A stretch of 38,021 nucleotides of DNA from Candidatus Eiseniibacteriota bacterium (GCA_041483195.1 JBGPFC010000036.1:1-38021), one strand, 5' to 3'. Numbered from the stretch's first letter, positions 1-8,767 are shown. Made by a program: numbers and translations. The notes: generated from the letters alone by a model not told the origin.

Positions 1-127
1 AGTAGCCTGAAGGTCGAGCTTCGCATCTTCACGTGGTTCGTTCCCTGCCATGGTGCCCCTCCTCGGGTTGAGAGGGGTGGGGACTTTTCAATGACCACAG
101 GTGGAGAACTTTGCATGGCCGATGACA
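1..127 (-). mobile_element. IS21-family element, left end, with the first 17 codons of istA (ATG at 51, runs off the window)
   Basis: The minus strand from 127 reads TGTCATCGGCCATGCAAAGTTCTCCACCTGTGGTCATTGAAAAGTCCCCACC. This is a TG start with two internal repeats, typical of IS21 ends. It is followed by RBS GAGGAGG and ATG GCA GGG AAC... The IS5 transposase is cut exactly at this point. Confidence 0.75.
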
Positions 128-592
128 GGCTTCGAGGGTGGAGATGACCAGGCGGACTTCAGCTGGCGAAGCACTGGCCACGTCGACGGCGAGAGGAAGA
201 CCATGGCCGTCCGCAACGGCCATGAGCTTTGAGCCCTTTCCGCGCTTGGTCGGGCCCACACAAAGGCCCCCTTTTTCGCCCCCACGAAGGTGGCGTCGAT
301 GAAGCACTCGGCCAGATCGAGTTTCCCTCGGTCGCGCAGGTCCCTCGCCAGCGCGTGCAGGATCTTGCCGAACACGCCTGCGCACCCACTGCTGGAAGCG
401 GCGATGACACGTCGCCGGGGAGGGATACCGATCGGGCACGTCCTGCCAGGGCGCGCCGGTGCGCAACACCCACAGAATGCCGTTGAGGACCTCGCGATCG
501 TCGCGCCACGGCCGGCCACGGCCATCGGCTCGCCGACGCGGCCTGGGGATCAGCGGTTCGAGTACGGCCCATTGTTCGTCCTTGAGTTCCAT
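128..592 (-). pseudogene. IS5-family transposase, frameshifted and truncated
   Basis: It has the DUF4096-like N-terminus ([26 protein letters not shown]), and [11 protein letters not shown] in a second frame after an apparent 2-nt loss near 380. A slippery A5G5 run lies at 267-276, then [17 protein letters not shown], ending at the IS21 terminus. Confidence 0.85.
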
Positions 593-667
593 CGCTCCCT
601 CCTCGACGCCATCCATGACGCCGTCGGGGAGCAGCTTACTCCGTCACGCGGCTTGTGAGACAGGTTC
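128..667 (-). mobile_element. IS5-family element (programmed-frameshift type), interrupted by IS21
   Basis: The terminus GAACCTGTCTCACAA lies next to CTAG (667-670). A transposase gene follows. Confidence 0.75.
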
Positions 668-731
668 TAGCAGGTCACCCGCCGCAAGGGCGCTGCCGTA
701 CTCCGTTCCCTGGAGGGTCCAGAAAATCGTG

Positions 732-760
732 TTGATTTAGGTAGTCCCCCGTCATAGGGT
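732..760 (+). promoter_or_regulatory. Putative sigma70 promoter of the radical SAM operon
   Basis: TTGATT-17 nt-TAGGGT. Confidence 0.45.
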
Positions 761-913
761 TCGGGCATTAGTCATGCTCGTGCCGCCTCGGGAAAGTGGT
801 CGCCCCACCAGTATCGCCCAACTTACCGGATGACGGCGCGCGCCCTCGACCAAGATCATGGATCCTCAGAGCGCATCGGACGCCGCGTCCATGCCCTGGT
901 AAGGAGTCACCAC

Positions 914-2101
914 ATGACTGCAGCGACTCTTCCTATCCTCCCAGTAGTGCCAATGCTCCAGACGCCTGAGGGCCTTGGCCAAGGCTCAACCTACGTGATG
1001 TGGGGCGACCCCGAAACACGCAAACTCGAGACCTACCACCTTATCCTCGCGCCCACGCACGCGTGCAACCTGCGTTGCGCGCACTGCTACCTTCCGGATC
1101 ACGCGCGTAACCTCCTTCCCGAAGCCGTCGCCGTCCGTCTTGTGCAGGAGTGGGCTTCGATCGTTCTGGCAGAGCGAGATCCGTACCGCGGAATCTTTCA
1201 CGTCAAGGGAGGAGAGCCGTTCGTCGTCCCCTATCTCGATCGCATCGCCCGGCGCGTAATCGAGACGCGAGCACTGCAGTTCATGCTGACCACCAACGGC
1301 ACGATTCTGACCTCAACTACGCGAGGGCTGCTAGCGTCTTGGCAGGAAGCGCTTGGTGGGTACCTCACCATCGTCGTCTCGCTCGACGGAGCAACCGCAC
1401 GCACGCACGATTTGCTTCGAGGCGAAGGTTCGTACGACAGGACGATTCCCTTTCTGGAATATCTGCGCGGCCTCGGTGTGAAGACGTATCTAAACTGTGT
1501 TCTCCATCAATTGAACCTCGACGACGTACCTGCCTTCCTCGACCTCGCCCAGTCGCTTGGCGTGTCGCAAGTCAATTTCCTACCACTCGTTCCCAAGGGG
1601 TACGGCGCCGGCATACGCACGACTCAACTGCCGCACCTAGTGATTCACGAGCGGCTCCGCCGGGTCTATGAGTCCGTGGGGCACGCGACGCGACTGCTCC
1701 TCGCCGGCAGCCTGCCTCACATCGAGGGAGGTGAACAGGCGGGACGCTTCGCAGCCGCATTCGAATGCGTCGCCGCTTACCGTGGCCTCTTCTACATCAG
1801 GCCTTCGGGTTCCGTGCATTCGTGTCCAAATCTTGAGGATGATCGACACGCGGTAGGCAATGTGACCACCGAGGCACTCTACGAGATTCATCAGCGGCTG
1901 GGGACGCTCTACCAATCGCTTCATCTCGGCGTCCCCAACGACCGGTACTTATGCTCGGGCGAGCGCCTGCGCTATTCCGATGCCGCAGATGGTTCGAATC
2001 TGCGTTCGCTTCGTGTCCTGCAGCAAGATATCTTGGCTCGAACGTCAACTTCGCCGGCTTTGGGCCGTCGTGTGGCGTTCTGCGTCAGCCGGAATTGGTG
2101 A
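914..2101 (+). CDS. Radical SAM protein with twitch/SPASM-like C-terminal domain
   Basis: Contains CNLRCAHC, GGEP, TTNG and SLDG. C-terminal CVAAYRGLFYIRPSGSVHSCP..GNV plus two further Cys. RBS AAGGAG (901-906) favours ATG 914 over 830. Confidence 0.9.
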   Translation: MTAATLPILPVVPMLQTPEGLGQGSTYVMWGDPETRKLETYHLILAPTHACNLRCAHCYLPDHARNLLPEAVAVRLVQEWASIVLAERDPYRGIFHVKGGEPFVVPYLDRIARRVIETRALQFMLTTNGTILTSTTRGLLASWQEALGGYLTIVVSLDGATARTHDLLRGEGSYDRTIPFLEYLRGLGVKTYLNCVLHQLNLDDVPAFLDLAQSLGVSQVNFLPLVPKGYGAGIRTTQLPHLVIHERLRRVYESVGHATRLLLAGSLPHIEGGEQAGRFAAAFECVAAYRGLFYIRPSGSVHSCPNLEDDRHAVGNVTTEALYEIHQRLGTLYQSLHLGVPNDRYLCSGERLRYSDAADGSNLRSLRVLQQDILARTSTSPALGRRVAFCVSRNW

Positions 2102-2126
2102 ACCCGAGCGAGCACCGCATTCTGAC

Positions 2127-3050
2127 ATGACGGCATCGGCCGCATTCGCTGCTCCTGCGCCTGGCGCCGGCCAACCGGCCGCCCCTCGCGGGCCCAAGGG
2201 TTCAGTGCCCCGCAGCACCAAGGGCGATGATCGCGCCTTCGGGATTGGCATCGCACTCCTAGTGGGGGCCGGCGCTCACCTGCTCCGCCCTATATGGGTC
2301 GATCCCGCTCTCGCGTACGCCTATTCATGGCTCTTGGTAGGCCTGGCGTCCGCCGTAGGAAGCTTGGCGGCTTTGTTCAATGAACTCATAGACCGGGGTC
2401 TTTTAAATGTCTCCGCGAAGTGCCGCTGGGCTGGACGATTCGCCCAGTTCTTTGTCCCCGCTTCCGCGGTGATTCTCTTCGCCGCTATCCTTTGGTATTT
2501 CCTACTCAATCGGCAGGAGCAACTTAACTTCTCGAATGAGCACACATCCGTATCGCTGGAGAGCGTGTTCAGGTGCCTCACCTGGACCCTTCTCGGACTC
2601 TGTTTCGCTGTCTGGCTTTGTGACGAGCTCATTCTTGACCGGTCGACTCACCCGGCAAGTGACTCCGTGCTCTGGCTCGACTTCATGGTGCTGGGAGCAG
2701 TCTTCGTTACTCATGTCGCCGCGACGTTCTACGACGGTGTCGCGAACGCGAACGAAAGGTTCGTGCAGGGCTATTTCGCTGGGGCTGTGGCGTTCGAAGT
2801 TATCATCGCGAATCTTCTCTTTGATCCCGCCCCGGTTCAGGATCGAATTGGGTTCCTCTCCGGCGAGAATCCCGGCCAGGCCCGTCAACGTCGGCAAGGG
2901 TTGGTGATCTCGTTCCTCGTGATCATGGTTCTTATCATGGTCCTCATTCTTGTTAGGAGTAGAATCCTTCATCCAAGTTCCGGCCACGCGCCTGGACCTG
3001 TCACTGAGTCCTCGATGCTGAGCCCTCGGGCACTCGGAAAACAATTGTGA
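2127..3050 (+). CDS. Polytopic membrane protein of unknown function
   Basis: About 7 hydrophobic segments. It fills the gap between the radical SAM and SBP genes. Start uncertain. Confidence 0.7.
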   Translation: MTASAAFAAPAPGAGQPAAPRGPKGSVPRSTKGDDRAFGIGIALLVGAGAHLLRPIWVDPALAYAYSWLLVGLASAVGSLAALFNELIDRGLLNVSAKCRWAGRFAQFFVPASAVILFAAILWYFLLNRQEQLNFSNEHTSVSLESVFRCLTWTLLGLCFAVWLCDELILDRSTHPASDSVLWLDFMVLGAVFVTHVAATFYDGVANANERFVQGYFAGAVAFEVIIANLLFDPAPVQDRIGFLSGENPGQARQRRQGLVISFLVIMVLIMVLILVRSRILHPSSGHAPGPVTESSMLSPRALGKQL

Positions 3051-3057
3051 GGTAAAT

Positions 3058-4098
3058 ATGCTTCCAAGGCCTGCGCGAATCTTCAGCATCATCTTGCTTG
3101 TCGCAGCTCTGGTTGGCGTCAACGTCTGGGGGTGCCAGGCCAAGAAGGCGAGGATCCTCCAAACTCGCAACATCAAGGTCGGCATCGCTACATGGGCAGG
3201 TTTCGGCATTGGGTTCATCGCCAAGGAGCAGGGTTACTTCCGGGGCCTGAACGTCGACCTCAAGATCCTCGACGATACAAACGCTCGTCAGAATGCGTTC
3301 CGCTCAGGCGAGTTGGACGTCCGCGTCTCCTCAGCAGATGTCTTCTTGCAAGAGCGCGGATCCGGGCTGTCGGGGACGATCTTCCTCGTTACAGACGCTT
3401 CTTTCGGGGGAGACGGGATCATCGCTCGACGAGGCATTGATTCGCTTTCACAGCTCCGTGGCAAGCGGATCGCCTTCGCAAGAGCTACGCCCTCTCATTT
3501 CCTCTTGGCAATCGCCCTAGCCGCGCACGGACTGAAGCTTCGGGATATCAAGCTGGCGCTCGTCGAGGACCCCACGACAGCTGCGCAGGCGCTTCGCAGC
3601 GGCAGGGTCGACGCGGCCGTGACCTGGGAGCCGTTCTTGACCCAGCTTGCGAGTGAGCACAAAGGGAAGATCCTGTGCACCAGCCGCGACTTTCCAGTGA
3701 TTGTGGACGTGCTCGTCGGCTCCTCAAAGTTCCTGGCCAATACGGCTGCTGCAGAGGTATTCTGCGCCGGATGGCTGAAGGCCGTGGACTTCGCGAAGGC
3801 CAATCCCGACTCGGCGGCCGCAATTCTCTCGCGAGGGCTGAAAGTGCCGGTGGCAGACGTGTCGGGAATGCTCTCGTCGCTCCAACTGGCCGACGCGGGC
3901 CGGAACGCGTACTACCTGGGAGACGCCACGACAGAGCCCGCCATCACTCGGATTCTGCACAGCGCGAGCGCCGTCTGGGCCCAGGACAGCATCCCCACCG
4001 TCACCTTCGTCCCCTTGCCCTCGGTAGATCTCTTCACAAACCGCTACTTGCGCTCCGATCATCCGGCGGCATCCACATCGGCCCCCACAGGACGGTAA
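3058..4098 (+). CDS. ABC transporter substrate-binding protein, SsuA/THI5/NMT1 family
   Basis: Signal/lipoprotein-like N-terminus, WAGFG..AKEQGYF, GGDGIIAR, LRGKRIA, VDAAVTWEPF; RBS GAGGT. Confidence 0.9.
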   Translation: MLPRPARIFSIILLVAALVGVNVWGCQAKKARILQTRNIKVGIATWAGFGIGFIAKEQGYFRGLNVDLKILDDTNARQNAFRSGELDVRVSSADVFLQERGSGLSGTIFLVTDASFGGDGIIARRGIDSLSQLRGKRIAFARATPSHFLLAIALAAHGLKLRDIKLALVEDPTTAAQALRSGRVDAAVTWEPFLTQLASEHKGKILCTSRDFPVIVDVLVGSSKFLANTAAAEVFCAGWLKAVDFAKANPDSAAAILSRGLKVPVADVSGMLSSLQLADAGRNAYYLGDATTEPAITRILHSASAVWAQDSIPTVTFVPLPSVDLFTNRYLRSDHPAASTSAPTGR

Positions 4099-5004
4099 GT
4101 GCGCGATGGTCGTCCGACCGCGGAGCGGCCTCGCCTTGATGCCAGCTTCCAAACTTGCTCGACTTTCAGGCCGCCCCGCACGGCGGGCCGGTGGACTTGT
4201 GATTGTGCGGCCGCTTTCGTGCTAACGGCTCGCCATCCGGCAACCCAGCGGCTAGCAGTCATCGTCTTGGCGCTGCTGGCCATCGGGCTCTGGGCCGCCA
4301 TTCACACGCGCGGATCTGCGCCGAGTCTGATGGTGAGTCCGCTGGAGGTTGCTCGGGCCTTCGGGGCGATGCTCGCGTCAGGGCAACTCACTTCGGCGGT
4401 TCTCATTAGCTCACGGCGTGTATTCATCGGATTTGCATTCGCGCTAGCGATCGCACTTCCCCTGGGCGTGATCTTCGGGTACCACCGGTCGCTTGGCGCG
4501 ACCTTCCTTCCGATCAATAGCTTCCTGCGGTATATCCCCCCGACGGCGTTTACTGGCCTCTTGATTCTGCGGTTTGGGATCGATGAGGCGTTCAAGTACT
4601 CGATTGTCTTCGTGGGTGTGGTCTTCTTCATGATTCAGATGATCGCCGACGCCGTGTCTTCTGTCGACCGTCACTATGTCGAGATGGCGCGCGTTTCCGG
4701 TTTCACGCGCTGGTCCATCCTGAGCCGCGTTGTCCTTCCCCTCAGCGCGCCTTCGATCGTGGACGCGATCCGGGTGAATCTTGGAGCGGCTTGGACATTC
4801 TTGGTCGTCGCGGAACTCGTCGGCTCCGATAGCGGATTGGGCTTCCTGCTCGCTGTCAGCCAGCGCTTCTTCCGTGTCGCCGACATGTACGCCGTGATTG
4901 TCACCTTCGGAATTATCGGCTACGTGATCGACTCGGTGGTCTCCATGCTCACTCTCTCAGCGTTTCGTTGGCATCGCATCCGGCTGCGCAGCGAGCATGC
5001 CTAG
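4099..5004 (+). CDS. ABC transporter permease, NitT/TauT (SsuC-like); true start may be GTG 4219
   Basis: LRYIPP, EAA-like loop EMARVSG, AWTFLVVAELVGSDSGLG. Confidence 0.88.
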   Translation: MRDGRPTAERPRLDASFQTCSTFRPPRTAGRWTCDCAAAFVLTARHPATQRLAVIVLALLAIGLWAAIHTRGSAPSLMVSPLEVARAFGAMLASGQLTSAVLISSRRVFIGFAFALAIALPLGVIFGYHRSLGATFLPINSFLRYIPPTAFTGLLILRFGIDEAFKYSIVFVGVVFFMIQMIADAVSSVDRHYVEMARVSGFTRWSILSRVVLPLSAPSIVDAIRVNLGAAWTFLVVAELVGSDSGLGFLLAVSQRFFRVADMYAVIVTFGIIGYVIDSVVSMLTLSAFRWHRIRLRSEHA

Positions 5005-5013
5005 GGGCCTCGA

Positions 5014-5763
5014 ATGAGCGAGATCGTGCGGGCGAACGGAATCTCCTTCTCGTACCCGAGCCGCATGGTGATCCGGGACACATCGATTCAGCTTGGCACT
5101 GGGGAAATCGTGGCCTTGATGGGGCCTTCCGGATGCGGCAAGTCGACTTTGTTGCGATTGCTCGGGGGTCTGGAAAGGCCCGACGCCGGCACGATCGACC
5201 CATCGCCGGCCAAGCTGGCACGGGAAGCCAGCCTCGGTTATCTATTCCAAGATCACGATGCGTTTCCCTGGTTGACGGTCGCGCAGAACTTGAGGAGCGG
5301 CAGTGGAATGCCGCCGTACCCATCGAGCGAATCCGTTACGGCTCTGCTTGAGAAGCTCGGGCTCCGGGGAACCGAACAGTTGTTTCCTACGCAGCTATCC
5401 GGGGGCATGAGAAAGCGGCTCGGGCTCGGACGGGTCCTCGTTCGGAGACCGCGCTTGCTGCTGCTGGACGAACCTTTCTCGTCCCTGGATCTGGCTACCA
5501 AGTCGGAGATCTACGTGATTCTGGAGAGCCTCGTCGGGGAGCTTCAATGCGCGGTGCTTCTGGTGACTCACGATCTCGCTGAATCCGTTCTGCTGGCCGA
5601 CCGGATCCTTGCGAATCGAGGGCAGGTGCTGAACCTCAATGGCCCGGGCTACGACGTCGCACTGCCCAGACCTCGAAGTCTCAGTGTACTGAAGGACGCC
5701 GGAGCTGCCGCCATCGTGGAGTTCCTTGAGCGAACATTGCTCGCACAGCCTCGAGCACAATGA
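5014..5763 (+). CDS. ABC transporter ATP-binding protein (SsuB/TauB-like)
   Basis: GPSGCGKS, LSGGM, LLLLDEPF, VTHD. Confidence 0.95.
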   Translation: MSEIVRANGISFSYPSRMVIRDTSIQLGTGEIVALMGPSGCGKSTLLRLLGGLERPDAGTIDPSPAKLAREASLGYLFQDHDAFPWLTVAQNLRSGSGMPPYPSSESVTALLEKLGLRGTEQLFPTQLSGGMRKRLGLGRVLVRRPRLLLLDEPFSSLDLATKSEIYVILESLVGELQCAVLLVTHDLAESVLLADRILANRGQVLNLNGPGYDVALPRPRSLSVLKDAGAAAIVEFLERTLLAQPRAQ

Positions 5764-6072
5764 GCACCACCTCAGACTAGATTTAGAGCGCGGCTCGATC
5801 TGGGCCGGCCTCAATGCCTGGGTCTTCGCCGTGCCCGAGGATCACGAATCTGAGGCTTGGTTGTGACCGGGCGCTGCAGAAGGCGAGTCACAAGGCGGGT
5901 CGGCACGGTGATAGGATGCATTGTGGGTACTTTGCCAATTCGAACAACGCCGCGAGGCTGCGCACGACGATGCGTGCGGAGTTCGAATCGTTCGGCTCGG
6001 TCGCGTCGCCAACAGATCGCGTTTCCTGCAGGTACGCCGCGACTCAACCTAGTTTAAGCAGGGGGACGGAAA

Positions 6073-8409
6073 GTGAACTTCGCGACGCTCGAGCGCATGG
6101 TAAGCGACGGAGACATGAGCCGTGACGGCTTCCGGTACCTGCTCGGGTGTCGAGGGGAATGCGAGTGGCTTGACTACAAGGAAAGCCTCCGGTTGGAGCA
6201 CGATGCCGAATTGTGCGACTTCGCCCGAGACGCCCTGGCACTCAAGAACGTAGGTGGCGGGTACATCCTCGTCGGGGTCAAGGATAAGACGTGGGAACAG
6301 GTCGGCCTCACTCAACAGTTTGCATACGACTCCAAGCTTCTGCGCGACAAGATTCAGCGAGCGACGGGTGTTCAGCTGGAACTTGATATCGTTTGCCACG
6401 ATCAGGAGGGTGACGGGACCTCGAAGCGATTCGCGCTGATTCATGTGCGGTCCAGCCGGAAGCGCACCAAGCGACGCAGCCCTACTCTCATTGCAAAGGA
6501 CTTCTGCGCGAGCAAGCCCTTCGGAGTGAGAAGAGGAGAGATTTACGTCCGAAAGGGCGACGCGACCATTCGGGTTACCACGCAGGATGAACTTGAAGAT
6601 CTGCTTGAGCGACTCGAGTCCCAAGCCGACGAAGATGCGATCCAACAGGAGGGTGCGCCGACTCCATTCGCCGTCGAGACGGGCCTGTATAGACTTTTGG
6701 ATCCCGGATTTGAACGATTTGTCGGCCGGCACGAACTCAAAGGCCGCCTTCTTTCCGCGGTACTCGGAGACCCAAGGATCTGGATCATCAACGTTCATGG
6801 TCCGGGAGGCGTTGGAAAGTCCGCTCTCGTAAACTGGGCCGCGCACACGCTCTATCGTGAGCGTCACTTTGAAGCCATTCTTCAATTGACGGCGAAGGAG
6901 ACGATTCTCACTGACGCAGGCATCAAGAGGTTTTCACGGTCGCTATACTCGTTAGAAAACCTCCTCGACCACCTGCTCCTTCTCTTTGAGGAGGATCCGA
7001 ACCAGGAGCTAAACGCCAAGAAGGAGCTTGCGACGAAACTGCTGTCAGCCTGGCAATCGCTCATAATCCTCGACAACATGGAGACCGTTTCGGACGGTCG
7101 CATTCTCGCCTTCGTCCAGGGCCTGCCTCCCGACTCAAAGGCACGTGTTCTTCTGACCAGCCGAACCAAGACCGGTGGTTGGGAACTGCCACTTGCGGTT
7201 ACGGAGATGACGGCCGACGAGACCCTTGAGTTCATCAAGCTGAAGTCAGAGGAATTGAAAGTCGCTTTCCCCTTGGACCCGATGACGGTTCAGCGCGTGG
7301 CGGAGGTGAGCGGTGGTCTTCCGCTTGCGACCCAGTGGATCGTGGGCCAATACAAGAAGAGCCAGCGGCTCGACCTCGTTCTCGATAGTGCGAGGAGCAA
7401 GGACTCGCCTGTTCTCGAGTTCAGCTTCCGGAACATTTGGGGACTGCTCACCCCTGAGGCTAGGACAACGCTGGCGATGATGAGCATCTTCGAGGGACCA
7501 ACGACGGCACACGAACTTGTCGTTGCGAGCGAAATGGCTCCCGAGATGATCGAGCGGGCAATTGCGGACTTGGTTGACGTAACGCTCGTGAATCGCTCGC
7601 TGCCTCGCGATGACGGAAGAGTGCTCTTGTCGGCGTTGCCAATCACGTTGTCCTTCGCGCGCAATGAGCTGGCTGGGATGGGCGATCTTGAGGTGCGGTC
7701 TCGGCAACGCGTCCAGAGATTTAATGAGCAGATGGAGCTTCAGGCGTTTGAAATCGCGCGGTTCAAGGGCGAGTTCCAGCGTTACGGGATCGACACGCCG
7801 AACGAGAAACGCGCCGCTATTCTCTGCCGTCGTGCGGAGTCCGAGATGTTTTCAGGAAATACTGAGAGCGCAGAAGTCCTATTCGCTCAGGCGCGTGAAC
7901 TTGCTCCGCAGAGCGCATATGTATTGGCGCGATCCGCCAGCTATGAACTTGCACGCAACAGAGTAGGAGTGGCGCTCGAAAGAGCAGCGGAGGCATGCGG
8001 TCGCGCCAAAAAGAAGACAGGTGCCCTCTGCTACAGCGTCAAGGCCAGAGTTCTCGACGTGCAGCGTGATCGTGGAGGACGAGTCGAGGCACTGGGCGAG
8101 GCCCTGAAGTTCGACCCGAACGACACGATCCTCCAGCACCAATACGGGGTGGCGCTGAGCAGGGTGGGTCTCGAACGCGAGGCTGTTGAGCAATTCACGC
8201 GCATCATCGCTGTCGAAGAATTGAAGGTGCCGCCGCGCGAGACACTGGTCATGGCGCTGACGACGCGTATCATCAACCTACAAAGGTTGGGCCGCACGGC
8301 CGAGGCTATGCAGGACCTCCAACGAGCGCGTGACGTTGTAGCCCAGTACCCTCACCTTTCCCACGCCGCAAGAAAACTCGAGGAGATTGAAGTTGGTGCG
8401 TCCGGGTAG
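6073..8409 (+). CDS. Schlafen/AlbA_2 - STAND (NB-ARC-like) NTPase - wHTH - TPR protein; candidate anti-phage NLR
   Basis: AlbA_2 motifs ECEWLDYKE and ALKNVGGGYILVGVKD. STAND motifs FVGR, GPGGVGKS, LIILDNME, LLTSR and GGLPLA. C-terminal TPR-like helices (ALKFDPND..YGVAL). Confidence 0.88.
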   Translation: MNFATLERMVSDGDMSRDGFRYLLGCRGECEWLDYKESLRLEHDAELCDFARDALALKNVGGGYILVGVKDKTWEQVGLTQQFAYDSKLLRDKIQRATGVQLELDIVCHDQEGDGTSKRFALIHVRSSRKRTKRRSPTLIAKDFCASKPFGVRRGEIYVRKGDATIRVTTQDELEDLLERLESQADEDAIQQEGAPTPFAVETGLYRLLDPGFERFVGRHELKGRLLSAVLGDPRIWIINVHGPGGVGKSALVNWAAHTLYRERHFEAILQLTAKETILTDAGIKRFSRSLYSLENLLDHLLLLFEEDPNQELNAKKELATKLLSAWQSLIILDNMETVSDGRILAFVQGLPPDSKARVLLTSRTKTGGWELPLAVTEMTADETLEFIKLKSEELKVAFPLDPMTVQRVAEVSGGLPLATQWIVGQYKKSQRLDLVLDSARSKDSPVLEFSFRNIWGLLTPEARTTLAMMSIFEGPTTAHELVVASEMAPEMIERAIADLVDVTLVNRSLPRDDGRVLLSALPITLSFARNELAGMGDLEVRSRQRVQRFNEQMELQAFEIARFKGEFQRYGIDTPNEKRAAILCRRAESEMFSGNTESAEVLFAQARELAPQSAYVLARSASYELARNRVGVALERAAEACGRAKKKTGALCYSVKARVLDVQRDRGGRVEALGEALKFDPNDTILQHQYGVALSRVGLEREAVEQFTRIIAVEELKVPPRETLVMALTTRIINLQRLGRTAEAMQDLQRARDVVAQYPHLSHAARKLEEIEVGASG

Positions 8410-8479
8410 AACCTAGTCTGTTATCGTGCTACCGGCGGACCAGCCAGCCGGGCGGGCCCGCCGGAATGCCGTCTGGACA

Positions 8480-8767
8480 CTGCAATTGCCTCCTACACGC
8501 CTGGCGAATCAAGAGCTACCCAACCGTGCCGCCGGACCCGCGAGTAGGACCTCGAGGTCCTGCAATTGCCCCCTGCACGCCCGGGCGAATCGGGGGCTAT
8601 CCAATCGCACCTCCGAATACTGTGGTAGGTTCCAGTAAGTCATTGCACGGCGGTCGAATCAGAGTTGTTCAAACCGCTGCCCAGGGGCGACGCAGACGCT
8701 TCCGGTGGACCCGCTCAATCTTCCAATTGACCCCTGCACGCCGGTTCGAATCCGGGTGCCGCCTCCA
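8480..8767 (+). repeat. Four degenerate direct repeats, consensus CAATTGnnnCCTGCACGCCnGnnCGAATC
   Basis: Copies start at 8483, 8563, 8633 (most diverged) and 8724. Copies 1-3 continue with related tails (AAGAGCTACCCAACCG / GGGGGCTATCCAATCG / AGAGTTGTTCAAACCG). Confidence 0.75.
8741..8767 (+). other. tRNA-Cys 3' fragment; probable att site of a tRNA-integrated island
   Basis: CCGGTTCGAATCCGGGTGCCGCCTCCA comprises the T arm, acceptor 3' strand TGCCGCC, U discriminator and CCA. No matching 5' half lies upstream. Confidence 0.8.

Noticed and set aside
774..902. Selenocysteine read-through of TGA 831 joining the two small ORFs
   Set aside because: No recognisable SECIS hairpin and no selenoprotein-like context.
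914..2101. Viperin-like or AmmeMemoRadiSam radical SAM partnering the MEMO1 gene
   Set aside because: The twitch/SPASM-type architecture does not fit either family, and MEMO1 lies about 10 kb away across the island boundary.
5814..6125. 103-aa ORF between the ABC operon and the STAND gene
   Set aside because: No RBS or recognisable motif, and it overlaps the STAND start.
6049..6885. 278-aa minus-strand ORF
   Set aside because: Antisense shadow of the motif-rich STAND gene, with no recognisable motifs.
5773..8420. Inverted 8-mers CAGACTAG / CTAGTCTG flanking the STAND gene as mobile-cassette ends
   Set aside because: Only 8 exact bp, with no target duplication and no recognisable attC structure.
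8480..8767. CRISPR array
   Set aside because: The repeats are too degenerate, the period is irregular (70-91 bp), and no cas genes are in the window. Kept only as an unexplained repeat.
8690..8767. Complete tRNA gene
   Set aside because: No 5' acceptor strand (GGCGGCA), D arm or anticodon arm at the required positions.
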